From Vicinamibacteria bacterium (lineage in GTDB: Bacteria > Acidobacteriota > Vicinamibacteria > Marinacidobacterales > Marinacidobacteraceae), in assembly GCA_964291235.2 (NCBI GenBank), contig OZ219815.1:576001-640000 (forward strand): a stretch of 64,000 nt of DNA, given 5' to 3'. The notes beneath the pieces were generated by a model that saw only the letters and a program-made list of their open reading frames with translations, searched no databases and had not been told where the DNA came from. Both the position numbers and the translations under genes were made by a program. This document shows positions 1 through 11,122 of the stretch, one piece after another. Within the stretch, counting starts at the first letter, position 1; each line of letters starts with the position of its first letter.

Positions 1-458
1 ACGAGCTCGAGGAGTTCACCCGAAACCGGATCCGGCGCCGCGTTCTTCCCCTGCTCAGGGACTCCGTGAACCCACGGGCGGAAGCCGCCCTGGGCCGGGC
101 AGCCTCGCTTCTCCGGGACGATGAGGACCTGTTGAGCGAGGTCACGTCCCGGCGTTTCTCCGAAATCGCGGATGTCGGGAAGCGCGAGAACGGCGCCGAA
201 GTCCGGTTTGGGGTCGCCGAACTGGAGGCGGCTCATCCGGCGCTCGCGCGCCGCCTGCTGCGGGAAGCCCTGCGGGTGGCCCGGGGACACCTGCGGCGGA
301 TCGGGGCAGTCCACATCGAGGCGGTCCGCCGCCTGGTCAAGGCCGGCCGCGGCGGCTCTTCGCTGAATCTTCCCGGCGCGACGGTGCGTCTCGAACGACG
401 GGTGCTGACGTTTTCTCCCTCCGAGAACACGGGTGGCGATCACGACGATGAAGCCTGA
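1..458 (+). CDS. tilS: tRNA(Ile)-lysidine synthetase, C-terminal part (5' end outside window)
   Basis: Frame from position 3 reads ELEEFTRNRIRRRVLPLL..NP (TilS RNRIR motif); lies upstream of ftsH as is typical. Confidence 0.85.
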   Translation, partial: ELEEFTRNRIRRRVLPLLRDSVNPRAEAALGRAASLLRDDEDLLSEVTSRRFSEIADVGKRENGAEVRFGVAELEAAHPALARRLLREALRVARGHLRRIGAVHIEAVRRLVKAGRGGSSLNLPGATVRLERRVLTFSPSENTGGDHDDEA

Positions 459-667
459 GCCACCCCGAGCAGCGAGGCCTCGCGAGTCCGGAACCGGTTC
501 TGGGGCCGGGTCGAGCGGGGGAAACGGAGCGCAACCTATAATTTGCCCGGACTATCTTCGTATGACACACGGTTACGGAACAGCCTGCGTTGAGATCCAG
601 GCGGCCTTCGAACAGCGCTCACGCGGGTTCCACCACAAGTCTGCTGCAGCCCGGGCGATGAGTTGAG

Positions 668-2590
668 ATGAGTTCCACGATGAAGAACCTCATGTTCTGG
701 CTGACGGCCTCGCTCGTGCTGATCCTTTTCTGGAACGTCTCGAGCCGCATTTCCGATCAAGAGAACGAACTCTCCTTCACGCAGTTCATGCAGCGGGTGG
801 AGGAGGACAAGATCGCCGACGTGCGGATCAGCGGGACCGGCGCGGGTAGCGAGATCACCGGAACTCTCGTCGACGGCAATTCGTTTCGGACCTTCGCTCC
901 GGAGATGGAAGGCCTGGTGCCCACCCTCCTCGAACGCGGAATCAATGTGGAAGCCGACGACGCCAGTCGCACTCCGTGGATCGTCACCCTCCTGAGTTGG
1001 CTGCCGATCCTCCTGATCGTCGGCCTTTTCTTCTTCCTCATCCGGCAGATGCAGGCGCCGGGGAACCGCGCCATGTCGTTCGGGCGCAGCCGGGCCAAGC
1101 TGACCTCCAACCAACAGAAGAAGGTCACCTTCAAGGATGTGGCCGGCGTTGACGAGCCGAAAGAAGAGCTTCAGGAGATCATCGATTTTCTGAAGGAACC
1201 CCAGAAGTTCCAGCGCCTCGGCGGAAGAATTCCGAAGGGGGTGCTGCTCATGGGTCCCCCGGGAACGGGCAAGACGCTGTTGGCCCGCGCCATTTCCGGC
1301 GAGGCCAGCGTCCCCTTCTTCACCATCAGCGGCTCGGACTTCGTCGAGATGTTCGTGGGTGTCGGGGCCAGCCGGGTCCGCGACCTCTTCGAACAGGGCA
1401 AGAAAAACGCGCCGTGCATCGTCTTCATCGACGAAATCGACGCGGTGGGCCGGCAGCGGGGAGCCGGGCTCGGAGGCGGGCACGACGAAAGGGAACAGAC
1501 CCTGAACCAGTTGCTCGTCGAGATGGACGGTTTCGAGTCCAACGACGGGGTCATCCTCATCGCCTCCACCAACCGGCCGGATGTCCTCGATCCGGCGCTT
1601 CTGCGTCCGGGGCGGTTTGACCGCCGGGTGGTGGTCTCCCTGCCCGACATCAAGGGCCGCGAGGGAGTCCTCAAGGTCCACAGCGCCCGCATCCCCTTCG
1701 AGTCCGACGTGGACCTCAGCATCATCGCCCGCGGCACGCCCGGTTTTTCCGGCGCGGACCTCGCCAACCTGGTGAACGAGGCGGCCCTGAACGCCGCCCG
1801 CTATTCCCAGAAGAACGTGCGCATGAACGACTTCGAGCAGGCGAAGGACAAGGTGATGATGGGGGCGGAGCGCCGGTCGGTCATCATGACGCCGGACGAG
1901 AAGCGGACCACGGCCTACCACGAGGCCGGACACGCAGTGGTGGCGGCGCTGCTCGAGGAGGCCGACCCCCTGCACAAGGTCAGCATCATTCCACGCGGGA
2001 TGGCGATGGGAGTGACGATGCTGCTGCCCGAGAATGACCGGCGCACCCATGACCGGAACTACGTCGAAGCCATGATCGCGGTGAAAATGGGCGGGCGCCT
2101 CGCGGAGGAGATCTTCCTCGGACAAGTGACTACGGGGGCCTCCGACGACATCCAGAAGGCGACGGACCTGGCGCGGAGCATGGTCTGCGAATGGGGCATG
2201 AGCGAGACGCTCGGACCGCTCTCGTTTGACCGATCGGGTAACGAAGTCTTCCTCGGACGCGACCTGGCGGCGCGCAAGGACTACAGCGAGAGCACGGCCA
2301 AGCAGATCGACGCAGAAGTGCATCGCATTGTGGACGATGCCTACCGCCGGGCCAAGAAACTGCTCGAGACGAACCGCGAGCGGTTGGCAGCCGTCGCGGA
2401 AGCGCTCCTCGAGCGCGAAGTGCTGAATTCCGAGGAAGTCCAGCTCGTCCTCGAAGGAAAAACACTTCCCGAACCCGCGCCCGCTCCGGTCGAGCCCGAC
2501 GCGGAATCTCCCGACCCGGCCCCCCAGAAAGTGCCCGGGCGTGTCGCTATCACTCCTCCCCTGGTGCCCGAACCCGGCGGCGCAACCTAA
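668..2590 (+). CDS. ftsH: ATP-dependent zinc metalloprotease FtsH
   Basis: Two TM segments, GPPGTGKT Walker A, IVFIDEID Walker [19 protein letters not shown] zinc motif. Confidence 0.99.
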   Translation: MSSTMKNLMFWLTASLVLILFWNVSSRISDQENELSFTQFMQRVEEDKIADVRISGTGAGSEITGTLVDGNSFRTFAPEMEGLVPTLLERGINVEADDASRTPWIVTLLSWLPILLIVGLFFFLIRQMQAPGNRAMSFGRSRAKLTSNQQKKVTFKDVAGVDEPKEELQEIIDFLKEPQKFQRLGGRIPKGVLLMGPPGTGKTLLARAISGEASVPFFTISGSDFVEMFVGVGASRVRDLFEQGKKNAPCIVFIDEIDAVGRQRGAGLGGGHDEREQTLNQLLVEMDGFESNDGVILIASTNRPDVLDPALLRPGRFDRRVVVSLPDIKGREGVLKVHSARIPFESDVDLSIIARGTPGFSGADLANLVNEAALNAARYSQKNVRMNDFEQAKDKVMMGAERRSVIMTPDEKRTTAYHEAGHAVVAALLEEADPLHKVSIIPRGMAMGVTMLLPENDRRTHDRNYVEAMIAVKMGGRLAEEIFLGQVTTGASDDIQKATDLARSMVCEWGMSETLGPLSFDRSGNEVFLGRDLAARKDYSESTAKQIDAEVHRIVDDAYRRAKKLLETNRERLAAVAEALLEREVLNSEEVQLVLEGKTLPEPAPAPVEPDAESPDPAPQKVPGRVAITPPLVPEPGGAT

Positions 2591-2680
2591 GCAGTCCGTG
2601 GACTCAGTTGCGTGCCCCAGTTCTCCCGTCATTCCGCCTGAACGACTCCGCTGTGGCGGCAGGGTTTCCCGCATAACAGA

Positions 2681-3529
2681 TTGACCGACACGATCCGCGA
2701 ACTGGCTCAGACCCTCGCGGCTCGCATGTCCTGGACCGATGTCCTGGACATCATCCTGGTGGCCGGGGCGATCTACGTCCTGCTCAAGCTCATCGAAGGC
2801 CGGCGAGCCTCCCAGATGGCCTTCGGCACCGTCATCGTGGGAGGTCTGTTGCTGCTTACCGGGTCCAGTCAGCTCGGTCTCACCACGGTCCAGTGGATCG
2901 TGCGCAACACGCTCCCCTATCTCGGGATAGCAATCATCGTTCTCTATCAGGCGGAAATCCGGACCGGACTTGCCCGGGTCGGCGGCGGCGGGTTCCTGCG
3001 CGGACGCCGCCGGGATCTGGATCCGCAACGCGCCACGATCGCGACGCTCGTGGAAGCCGCCACCGAGCTGTCCCGCCATCGCGTCGGGGCCATCGTGGTC
3101 TGGCAGGGAAACATCGGCCTCAAGAGCTACGCCGATTCCGGCATGCAGCTCGATGCGCAACTGAGTTCCGAGTTGCTGGTGTCGCTGTTCCAGCCCACCT
3201 CCCCGCTCCATGACGGAGCCGCCATCGTGAGTGGCGATCGGATTGTGGCGGCCCGCTGTGTGCTGCCGCTTTCGCGACACGACGCGGCAGACACCGTCGG
3301 GGGTACCCGCCATCGCGCGGCGCTCGGCCTTACCGAGGAGACGGACGCGACGGTGCTGGTTCTTTCCGAGGAGACCGGACAGGCCAGCGTGGTTTCCGCT
3401 GGTCGGATCGTGCCCGTTGCCGACCGTGCCGACCTGGAGGGAGAACTCGCCAGGTCGCGACCCACCCCGTCGAGCGCTTCCGAACCAGCGCCAGCCCGGC
3501 GCCTCTCGAATCCGGAGATCGTGCGGTGA
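2681..3529 (+). CDS. cdaA: Membrane diadenylate cyclase
   Basis: Three N-terminal TM helices; SPLHDGA and GTRHRAALG DAC motifs; SEETG. Confidence 0.95.
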   Translation: MTDTIRELAQTLAARMSWTDVLDIILVAGAIYVLLKLIEGRRASQMAFGTVIVGGLLLLTGSSQLGLTTVQWIVRNTLPYLGIAIIVLYQAEIRTGLARVGGGGFLRGRRRDLDPQRATIATLVEAATELSRHRVGAIVVWQGNIGLKSYADSGMQLDAQLSSELLVSLFQPTSPLHDGAAIVSGDRIVAARCVLPLSRHDAADTVGGTRHRAALGLTEETDATVLVLSEETGQASVVSAGRIVPVADRADLEGELARSRPTPSSASEPAPARRLSNPEIVR

Positions 3530-4497
3530 GGAAGTTCGTCGCCGGATCCGAGTCGTTTCGCGCCGCCGGGATGTTGCGGGCGTTCGTGGCGCTCGGGCTC
3601 GCGTTCGGCCTTTGGTTCTTCGTGGCGGACGACCGGGGAGCCGAAGTCCTGGTTTCCGCACCCCTGGAACTCGTCAATGTTCCACCCGGACTCGAAGTCG
3701 TGGACCAGTCGGTGCAGGAGGTGGACCTGAGGCTGCGCGGCGCCTCCGGACTGCTGCGCGACGCACCCCTCCAGGGGCTCCGCGCCCGGTTGGATCTGAC
3801 GGGCGAGGCGCCAGGCGAACGTACCTGGTTTCTCGGCACCGAGGCGGTCGAAGCCCCTTCCGGCGTCCTGGTCATGCGGGTGGATCCTTCCCAGGTCGTC
3901 CTGCGCCTCGACCGCACCCTGACCAGCACCGTCCGCGTGAGTCCGCGGGTGCTCGGCCAACCGGCGACGGGTTTCGAAATCCACAACGTCGTGATCGACC
4001 CGGTCGAACTCGTCCTCGAGGGCCCGGAGTCGTTGCTGCGCGACACGGCACAGATCACCACCGAACCGATTTCCGCGCAGGGGCTCCGGGAGACCTTTGC
4101 GCAGCGTCTGCAAATCGAGCTCGATCCCGCCCTTCGTCCCTCCGTTCGGCATGTGGACGTGCGCCTCGATATCGGCGAGGCCCGGGAAGCCCGCGAATTG
4201 CGACTGGCTGTCTGGCTGACCCCCGGCGAGGCCGACGAGCCGGCCTGCGCACCCGGGATCAGCGAAATCGCCGCCACGGTGCGCATCCCGATGAGCATGT
4301 TGAACGAGGTCAACGAATCGAATCTCTTCGCCGTCGTTTCCTGCGCGGGACTCGAGTCCGGCGTCTACGAGATCGTTCCGCGGCTCCTGTTCCCCGAAGC
4401 GCCCGACGCTCCGATCGGCGCCGTTGCCTTCGATCCCGAAACCGTCACCACCGTGGTTGGCTCCCCGCCTGCATCGCCGACCCCGGACTGGGACTGA
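3526..4497 (+). CDS. cdaR: YbbR/CdaR-like regulator of CdaA
   Basis: Overlaps cdaA stop (GTGA); single TM followed by YbbR-like repeats (VDLRLRG, VELVLEGP). Confidence 0.8.
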   Translation: MRKFVAGSESFRAAGMLRAFVALGLAFGLWFFVADDRGAEVLVSAPLELVNVPPGLEVVDQSVQEVDLRLRGASGLLRDAPLQGLRARLDLTGEAPGERTWFLGTEAVEAPSGVLVMRVDPSQVVLRLDRTLTSTVRVSPRVLGQPATGFEIHNVVIDPVELVLEGPESLLRDTAQITTEPISAQGLRETFAQRLQIELDPALRPSVRHVDVRLDIGEAREARELRLAVWLTPGEADEPACAPGISEIAATVRIPMSMLNEVNESNLFAVVSCAGLESGVYEIVPRLLFPEAPDAPIGAVAFDPETVTTVVGSPPASPTPDWD

Positions 4498-4507
4498 TCG
4501 GGCGGTC

Positions 4508-5167
4508 ATGACCAGCACCGCAACGCCGCGTCCGCGCTCCTCGACCCGCGAGTACTTCGAGTCGATCTGCGCCGCGGTGATCCTCGCGCTGTTCGTGCGC
4601 ACGTTCGTCTTCCAGGCGTTCAAGATTCCGACCGGTTCCATGCAGGACAACCTCCTGATCGGTGATCACCTGATGGTGAACAAGATGCTGTTCCACGATG
4701 GGGGAGGCGTTCTCCTGCCGTCGCGCGACGTGGAGCGCGGCGATGTGGTGGTCTTCAAGTTCCCCGAGGAACCGGATCGGGACTTCATCAAGCGCATCGT
4801 GGGACTGCCGGGCGAGACGCTCCAGATCGGGCGGAGGCAGGTTCTCATCGACGGGGATCCCCTGCCCGAGGACTACACCCGCTTCGTGCACGGTGGCCAG
4901 CCCGCCATGCGCGAGTACCGCGTTCCCGACGGACACTATTTCGTCATGGGGGACAACCGGGACAACAGCGATGACAGCCGTTACTGGGGCCCGCTTCCGG
5001 CCGAGAACATCAAGGGGAAGGGCCTGTTCATCTACTGGTCGTACGGAGCGCCGCGCGAGGAATACCTCGAGACCAGACTTTCCCAGCGGCTCGTGGATCT
5101 GCTCCTGCTGCCGGTGCGCTTTTTCTCGCGCACCCGCTGGGATCGTTTCTTCATCCCGGTCCAGTAG
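4508..5167 (+). CDS. lepB: Signal peptidase I
   Basis: IPTGSM (catalytic Ser), FIKRIVGLPGE (catalytic Lys), GDNRDNSDDSRYWG. Confidence 0.97.
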   Translation: MTSTATPRPRSSTREYFESICAAVILALFVRTFVFQAFKIPTGSMQDNLLIGDHLMVNKMLFHDGGGVLLPSRDVERGDVVVFKFPEEPDRDFIKRIVGLPGETLQIGRRQVLIDGDPLPEDYTRFVHGGQPAMREYRVPDGHYFVMGDNRDNSDDSRYWGPLPAENIKGKGLFIYWSYGAPREEYLETRLSQRLVDLLLLPVRFFSRTRWDRFFIPVQ

Positions 5168-5211
5168 GGCGCCGGTCCAGTAGGGAAGCGCCGCCCGGCG
5201 GCGCCGGCGAG

Positions 5212-5919
5212 TCAGGCGCCCCGCCGGCCGAAAATCGCGGTTCCGACGCGGATCGTGGTGGCCCCCTCGGCGATCGCGACTTCGAAGTCGTGGCTCATCC
5301 CCATCGACAGCTCGGGCTCGCGCGGCAGCAGCCCGCCATCGGCACACCGGTCCCCGAGTTCCCGGAGCCGAACGAACCACGGGCGGACCGTTTCCGGGTC
5401 GGGATCGAACGGCGGAATCAACATGAGCCCGGAAAGCTTGAGACCGGGCAGTCGCGCGATCGCCTCCAGCGCGCCCGGCAGCTCCGGCTCCGGAATCCCG
5501 AATTTCGAGGACTCGCCGGCAAGGTCCACTTGCGCCAGAACCCGGATCGGCGCCCCCCCGGGCGGAAGGACTCCCTGTGCCACCATGCCGCTCAGCCGGG
5601 TAGCCAGCGAGACGCTGTCCACGGACTGAATCACCGGAAACAACCCCACCGCCTGCCGGGCCTTGTTGCGCTGGAGATGCCCGATCAGGTGCGGGGTGAT
5701 CGAAACCCGGAGCGCCGGCAGCTTCGAGGCCGCCTCCTGAATCCGGTTCTCGCCGAAATCGCTGATCCCCAGCGCGGCCGCCGCCTCGATATCCGCCACC
5801 GGCCGCGTCTTGGAAACCGCGACCAGCCGAACCCCTGCCGGGTCTCGACCAGCCCGGCGGCAGCTCTCACCAATGCGGTCCCGCACGGCGGCGATACGTT
5901 CGGACAACGAAGAACTCAC
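5212..5919 (-). CDS. yggS: PLP homeostasis protein, YggS family
   Basis: [51 protein letters not shown]. Confidence 0.97.
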   Translation of the reverse strand: MSSSLSERIAAVRDRIGESCRRAGRDPAGVRLVAVSKTRPVADIEAAAALGISDFGENRIQEAASKLPALRVSITPHLIGHLQRNKARQAVGLFPVIQSVDSVSLATRLSGMVAQGVLPPGGAPIRVLAQVDLAGESSKFGIPEPELPGALEAIARLPGLKLSGLMLIPPFDPDPETVRPWFVRLRELGDRCADGGLLPREPELSMGMSHDFEVAIAEGATTIRVGTAIFGRRGA

Positions 5920-7922
5920 GGCAGGGACTCCAGAAAGGTGGTGGCTTCTTCCAGACTGGTGGTCAGGGGAAACGGAGGGAGGCTGCGGACGAGGCGCCGG
6001 CCGTAACCCATCCGCACCAGACGGGAGTCCAGGACCGCGGCGAGCCCGACATCCTGCTGCGTCCGGATCAGCCGGCCCAGGCCCTGTTTCAGCGTGAGGG
6101 CCGCCTGCGGCACCGAATAGTTGGCGAAGCCGTCGCCGGTCGCCTCCTCGGCGCGCTCGGCGCGCGCCTGGTGGAGAGGGTCCGACGGCACCGGGAACGG
6201 CAGCTTGTCGATCACCAGCAACGTGAGCGCCTCTCCGGGGATGTCCACCCCTTCCCAGAAGGAACGAACCCCCAGGAGGACCGCGTTGGGAGTCTTGCGG
6301 AAGGAACCCACCAAGGCGGCGTTTCCGCCGCCCCGGTGCTGCCGCAACACCGGGAAGGGACAGGCCTCACCGAGCACGCGCCCCACGCGTTCGAGGTTTC
6401 CCCAGCTCGTGAAAAGGATGAGGGCTCGGCCCCGGCTGGCGTGGACCAGGTGGAGAACCTGTTCGGCGACGGCGTCCTGAAATCCCGGATGGCGCGGGCT
6501 CACCAGGTCGCGCGGGACGTAGAGCCTTGTCTGATCCTCGAACCGGAAGGGGGAAGAGACGACGCTCCCTGCCGTGGCGGCCACTCCGAGGCTGTCCGCC
6601 GCGTAGTCGAAGCCGCCGTCCAGCGCCAGGGTCGCGGACGTCAGCACGCACGACTTCAGTGGGTCGAACAGCCCCTGCCGCAGCTCGCCGCCGGGATGCA
6701 CGGGAGCGGCGCTCGCATAGCACGTGCGTCCGCCCCGGGACGCCGCTCTCGCCTTTCCTGCCTCCGCCCGACCGTTTTCCCTGCGGAAGACGCTCCAGTG
6801 GACGTAGTCGGGACGCGGCGTCATCAAGGCCCGCAGCTCGACCCGGAACTCGCTCACCCGCTTCAAAAAGCGCTCCGCGCCGGTCTCGGCGTCGCTTTCG
6901 TCGGGGGGTGGACTCTCCCTCAGAGCCTCGCGGACCTTCAGAAGATGCTTCTCGAGCGCCTCGAGCTGCCAACCGGCCGCCTCCTCGTGCTCCTTCGCCT
7001 CCGCGCCAAGGGTGTCCGGGACGAAAAGACGCGGGCCGTCATCGCGTTCGGGAGCAAGGATCTCAAAGAGATCGCGATAGGCGCGTTTCAACTTCCGGAG
7101 GGCTGGAAGCGCAGTGAGACCGGGAGCCGCACGCTTCAGAAAACGTGTCAGGTCGGTCGCCAGGCGGTCGGCCGCCGCCCCCGAGAGGGTGCTCGAGAAC
7201 CCGTGGGTGGCGGCGTCCTCGAGCCGGTGTGCTTCGTCCACGATCAGGTGGTCGTACTCGGGAAGCACCTCGCCGAAATCGGTCTGACGCACGATCAGGT
7301 CGGCAACGAGCAAATGGTGGTTCACGATCAGAATCTGGCTCGTATGCGCCCGCTTCCGAAGGGTGGTCAGGTGGCACTCCTCGTGGTGCGGGCAGCGGCG
7401 GCCGATGCAGTTCTCGGAAATGGTGGATATTCCGCGCCAGAAATCGAGGGAACCGCGAAGTCCACGGATTTCGTCCCGGTCTCCGGTCCTGGTCTTCTCC
7501 GCCCAGGACGCGATGCGCCGGAGATCGGCGCCTCGCCGGGGATCGAGCTTCAGATTCCGGGCCGTCTGAAACTTCTGCCACTCCAGCCGGCAGAGATAGT
7601 TCTCGCGTCCCTTCATGCGCGCCGCGGGAACCCGGCTCCCCAAGATGCTCTGAAGCTGGGGCAGATCCTTCTCGAAGAGCTGGTCCTGGAGGTTCTTGGT
7701 CGCCGTGGAGATGACGACCCTCTCGCCGCAAAGAAGCGCCGGAATGAGATAGGCGAACGACTTGCCGATCCCCGTTCCGGCCTCGATCATCAGCGTGGCG
7801 TTGAGGTTCAGCGTCTCCTCCACCCGCGCGGCCATCTCCACCTGTCCGGCGCGATATTCGAAGTCCGGCAGCGCCTCGGACAGGGCCCCGTGGGGACCGA
7901 GAAAATCGGCCGCCCGGCTCAT
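5916..7922 (-). CDS. DinG/YoaA-family ATP-dependent DNA helicase
   Basis: [17 protein letters not shown], Fe-S cysteines, [22 protein letters not shown]. Confidence 0.93.
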   Translation of the reverse strand: MSRAADFLGPHGALSEALPDFEYRAGQVEMAARVEETLNLNATLMIEAGTGIGKSFAYLIPALLCGERVVISTATKNLQDQLFEKDLPQLQSILGSRVPAARMKGRENYLCRLEWQKFQTARNLKLDPRRGADLRRIASWAEKTRTGDRDEIRGLRGSLDFWRGISTISENCIGRRCPHHEECHLTTLRKRAHTSQILIVNHHLLVADLIVRQTDFGEVLPEYDHLIVDEAHRLEDAATHGFSSTLSGAAADRLATDLTRFLKRAAPGLTALPALRKLKRAYRDLFEILAPERDDGPRLFVPDTLGAEAKEHEEAAGWQLEALEKHLLKVREALRESPPPDESDAETGAERFLKRVSEFRVELRALMTPRPDYVHWSVFRRENGRAEAGKARAASRGGRTCYASAAPVHPGGELRQGLFDPLKSCVLTSATLALDGGFDYAADSLGVAATAGSVVSSPFRFEDQTRLYVPRDLVSPRHPGFQDAVAEQVLHLVHASRGRALILFTSWGNLERVGRVLGEACPFPVLRQHRGGGNAALVGSFRKTPNAVLLGVRSFWEGVDIPGEALTLLVIDKLPFPVPSDPLHQARAERAEEATGDGFANYSVPQAALTLKQGLGRLIRTQQDVGLAAVLDSRLVRMGYGRRLVRSLPPFPLTTSLEEATTFLESLP

Positions 7923-8093
7923 CTAGGGACTCTCCCGCACGAGTCGGCGCTCGGGTGGCCGGCTCTGGCGCAATCCACCGGTTGGGGCGCGGCGGCGGCG
8001 ATCAGGGCGCCGGGTTTTCGCCGCCGCCGGCGGCGGTGCGGGTCGGCAGGCTCCCACCGGGCGGACGGGCGGCGCTCCTCGCACCCGGCCGGT

Positions 8094-9374
8094 TCACGCC
8101 GCCGGCGACACGTAGAGCGGAAATCCCGAGGCAAGTTCGGCCACCTCGTCGGCTATCCGGGCCAGGCCTGACTCGTCGTCCGCCGCGCGAAGGGCGGCAT
8201 CCATCAGACGGGCCACCTCGACCATCTCGTTCTCCCGCATGCCACGCGTGGTGAGCGCCGCCGTGCCCAGCCGGATACCGCTCGCGATCATCGGCTTTTC
8301 GGGATCAAAGGGAATCGTGTTCTTGTTCGCGGTAATTCCCGCGGCCTCCATCGCCACCTCGGCGTCCCGACCCGTAACTCCCCGGGCGCCCACGTCCACC
8401 AGCACGAGGTGGTTGTCCGTTCCCCCGGAAACCAGCCGGAATCCCTGGGCAACGAGCGCCTCGGCCAGCGCCTTGGCGTTCTTCACGATCTGGCGCGCGT
8501 ACTCGGCGAACGACGGATCGAGCGCCTCCCGGAAACACACCGCCTTCGCGGCGATCGTGTGCATCATCGGCCCACCCTGGATCCCCGGGAAGGTGATTCG
8601 GTTGAGAGCCTTCCCGTAGCCCTTCTCGTTCCAGAGAATGAGCCCGCCCCGCGGGCCGCGAAGCGTCTTGTGGGTCGTGGTGGTGACGACGTCCGAATGG
8701 GGGACCGGACTCGGAATTGCGCCCCCGGCGACCAATCCGGCGACGTGAGCGATATCGGTGACCACTTTCGCGCCGACATCGTCCGCGATCTGGCGGATTT
8801 CCTCACTGGGGTAGAGACGCGGATAGGCGCTCGCCCCCACGATGATCATCTTGGGCCGGTGCTCCCGCGCGAGCCGCTGCAACGCGTCGAGATCGATGCG
8901 CTCGTCCTCCCGGCGCACCCCGTAGGCAATCGGCCGATAGAACTGCCCCGAAAAGTTGAGCGGGTGGCCGTGGGTCAGGTGCCCTCCCTGATCGAGGGCC
9001 ATTCCCAGGAAAGCGTCTCCGGGCTCCAGAATCGCCTGGAAGGCGACCATGTTCGCCTGGGAGCCGCTGTGGGGCTGGACGTTCGCATACCGGGAGCCGA
9101 AGAGTTCCTTGGCCCGGTTCCGGGCCAGCCTTTCCGCTTCGTCCACGTGGACGCAGCCGCCGTAGTACCGCCGCCCCGGGTAACCCTCGGCGTACTTGTT
9201 GGTCATCACCGAACCGGTGGCCTCCATCACCGCGTCGCTCGCGAAATTCTCGGACGCAATCAGTTCGAGGCCCTGCGACTGGCGTATCTCTTCGGCCTCG
9301 ATGGCGGCGGCGATCTCGGGGTCCCGCTCAGAGAGGCTGGGACCGAGGCGGCGACGGGAAAAGGAACTGCTCAC
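8094..9374 (-). CDS. glyA: Serine hydroxymethyltransferase (start uncertain, 9374-9434)
   Basis: [36 protein letters not shown]. Confidence 0.99.
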   Translation of the reverse strand: MSSSFSRRRLGPSLSERDPEIAAAIEAEEIRQSQGLELIASENFASDAVMEATGSVMTNKYAEGYPGRRYYGGCVHVDEAERLARNRAKELFGSRYANVQPHSGSQANMVAFQAILEPGDAFLGMALDQGGHLTHGHPLNFSGQFYRPIAYGVRREDERIDLDALQRLAREHRPKMIIVGASAYPRLYPSEEIRQIADDVGAKVVTDIAHVAGLVAGGAIPSPVPHSDVVTTTTHKTLRGPRGGLILWNEKGYGKALNRITFPGIQGGPMMHTIAAKAVCFREALDPSFAEYARQIVKNAKALAEALVAQGFRLVSGGTDNHLVLVDVGARGVTGRDAEVAMEAAGITANKNTIPFDPEKPMIASGIRLGTAALTTRGMRENEMVEVARLMDAALRAADDESGLARIADEVAELASGFPLYVSPAA

Positions 9375-9430
9375 GGGAGCGCCAGTATAGGACCGCCCGG
9401 GGGGACTCCGGTCAGGTGGAACCCGGTGAC

Positions 9431-10342
9431 TCAAAGAACGTAGGCCACCGCAAACCCCAGTTGGGCCACCATCATCATGAGGTACATGTGGCGCCAGGAC
9501 ACGTGGTTGCTGTCCGTCGCCAATTCATCCGGACGGCGCAGCATCAGCCACGCCGTGAAGATCCCGTAGAGCATCAGGATGGCGCCCAGCGCGTCCAGCA
9601 GCAGAGGATTGCCGGTCAGCAGATTCATCCGCACCCCAAGCGGGATGAGCGCGAAGGGCAGGACGAAGAAAGGCGCGATCCGCCATGCCGCGCCCCGGGG
9701 GCCGTACTCGATCGGAAGGGTCCGGCAGCCACCCGCACGGTCCCCCGCGACGTCCGAAAAATCCTTGGTCGTGGTGGCTCCCAGCAGGAACAGCCCGAAG
9801 ATGAGCCCGATGAACCAGGGTTCGGGATCGAACACGGTCTTGAGCGCGGACCAGCCCGCTACCTTGAGCAACAGCCCCCGGGGAATGGCGACCGTGAGAT
9901 TGGCCAGCATCCCGAGCCGTTTTGTCCGCAGCGGCGGCGCCGAGTACATCCACACGAAGACGCTCGCCACCAGCACGATCACGAAGCACTCCCGCCGGCC
10001 GTCGGGATTCACGAACCAGGCGGCGGCAAGCGCGAGCAGCCAGCAGACCGCCGTGAACCACCAGGCCTCGGCGAGTCCGAGCCGCCCGGAAGGAAGGGGC
10101 CGGTCCGGTTTCGTGATGCGGTCGATGCCGAGGTCGTAGATCTGGTTGAGGGCGTTGCTGGCCGCGTTGAGGGTTGCAGCCATCACCGCGCCCAGGACGG
10201 GATAGATCCAGGGGACGTTCTCGAGCGCCGGAGGGGCCCCCAGTGCGGTGACGCTGCCGCTCAGGAAACCGATCAGGGGTGGCAGGAGGGTGAACGGGCG
10301 CGAGAACTCGCGATAGAGGGCGAGGCGCGCTCCGAGGCTCAC
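9431..10342 (-). CDS. UbiA-superfamily prenyltransferase
   Basis: Multi-TM; Asp-rich motifs [21 protein letters not shown] and [15 protein letters not shown]; GTG start overlaps the upstream stop. Confidence 0.9.
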   Translation of the reverse strand: MSLGARLALYREFSRPFTLLPPLIGFLSGSVTALGAPPALENVPWIYPVLGAVMAATLNAASNALNQIYDLGIDRITKPDRPLPSGRLGLAEAWWFTAVCWLLALAAAWFVNPDGRRECFVIVLVASVFVWMYSAPPLRTKRLGMLANLTVAIPRGLLLKVAGWSALKTVFDPEPWFIGLIFGLFLLGATTTKDFSDVAGDRAGGCRTLPIEYGPRGAAWRIAPFFVLPFALIPLGVRMNLLTGNPLLLDALGAILMLYGIFTAWLMLRRPDELATDSNHVSWRHMYLMMMVAQLGFAVAYVL

Positions 10343-11061
10343 CCGGCGCCTCCGCCGCTGGCGATCCACCCCCAGCCGAACGCCAGGAGTCCGCCAGCCG
10401 ACACGGAAACGGCATTCACCCCGTTGTTGTCAAGCACTCCGCGGGCCTCGAGCGGGGAAAGCAGACCTTCCAGCAGGGCGGCGAGGAAGCCGGCCCCCGA
10501 CACCGGCAGGAGCCACGCCAGGGGAATGAGATCGCCGCCGGTGGCCGCGGCGCCGACAGAAAAAGCGGCCAACAACCCGGCGAGCGAGCCCCCGAGGCTG
10601 ACGCCGCCCGGCGTGCCGGCCGTCGCCCGGGAGAGATCCGGAAGGCGCCTGACTGGTCCGCCAAAGGACTTCCCAACCTCGGACGACACCGTGTCGGCGG
10701 CGCCAGTGGCGAGCGAACCGACGAACGCGGCCGCGGCCGGCGCCGCCCAACCACCGGGGAGCACCCCCGCGAGCGCGCCGAAGACGACCGCCGGTCCCCC
10801 GTTCGCGAGCACCTGCCGCGGTTCCCGGGCGCCGCCCCGGGCTTCGGCGATCCCGAGCGCCCGCTTGCGGCTCCAACCGATCCGCGTTGCCAGGGCGCCC
10901 AATGCGAAGTAGAGGAGCAACACCAGATACCCCGGCCAGCCCAGACCCAGGATCACCGCGCCGCCCACGAAGAACCCGGCGAAAGCACCCCGGCCGGTCA
11001 CGGTCCTGAGACGCCAGCCGCAAAACGCGAGGGATCCGTTCAGCAGGAGAAGAAGAGTCAC
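10339..11061 (-). CDS. DUF92 (TMEM19/VTE6-like) membrane protein
   Basis: GGAREPRQVLANG, ADTVSSEVG, GTPGGVSLGG, LDNNGVN motifs. Confidence 0.88.
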   Translation of the reverse strand: MTLLLLLNGSLAFCGWRLRTVTGRGAFAGFFVGGAVILGLGWPGYLVLLLYFALGALATRIGWSRKRALGIAEARGGAREPRQVLANGGPAVVFGALAGVLPGGWAAPAAAAFVGSLATGAADTVSSEVGKSFGGPVRRLPDLSRATAGTPGGVSLGGSLAGLLAAFSVGAAATGGDLIPLAWLLPVSGAGFLAALLEGLLSPLEARGVLDNNGVNAVSVSAGGLLAFGWGWIASGGGAG

Positions 11062-11122
11062 GCTTCGAGACGAATCGATGCACCGGGGTATGGCGGGAAG
11101 TCGGGGGGTCGGGCTCCAGGCA

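Noticed and set aside
536-3661. 1041-aa minus-strand ORF and other long antisense ORFs (e.g. 11078-13390, 21404-23530, 25778-27799)
   Set aside because: Shadow frames of real genes in high-GC DNA; no recognisable motifs
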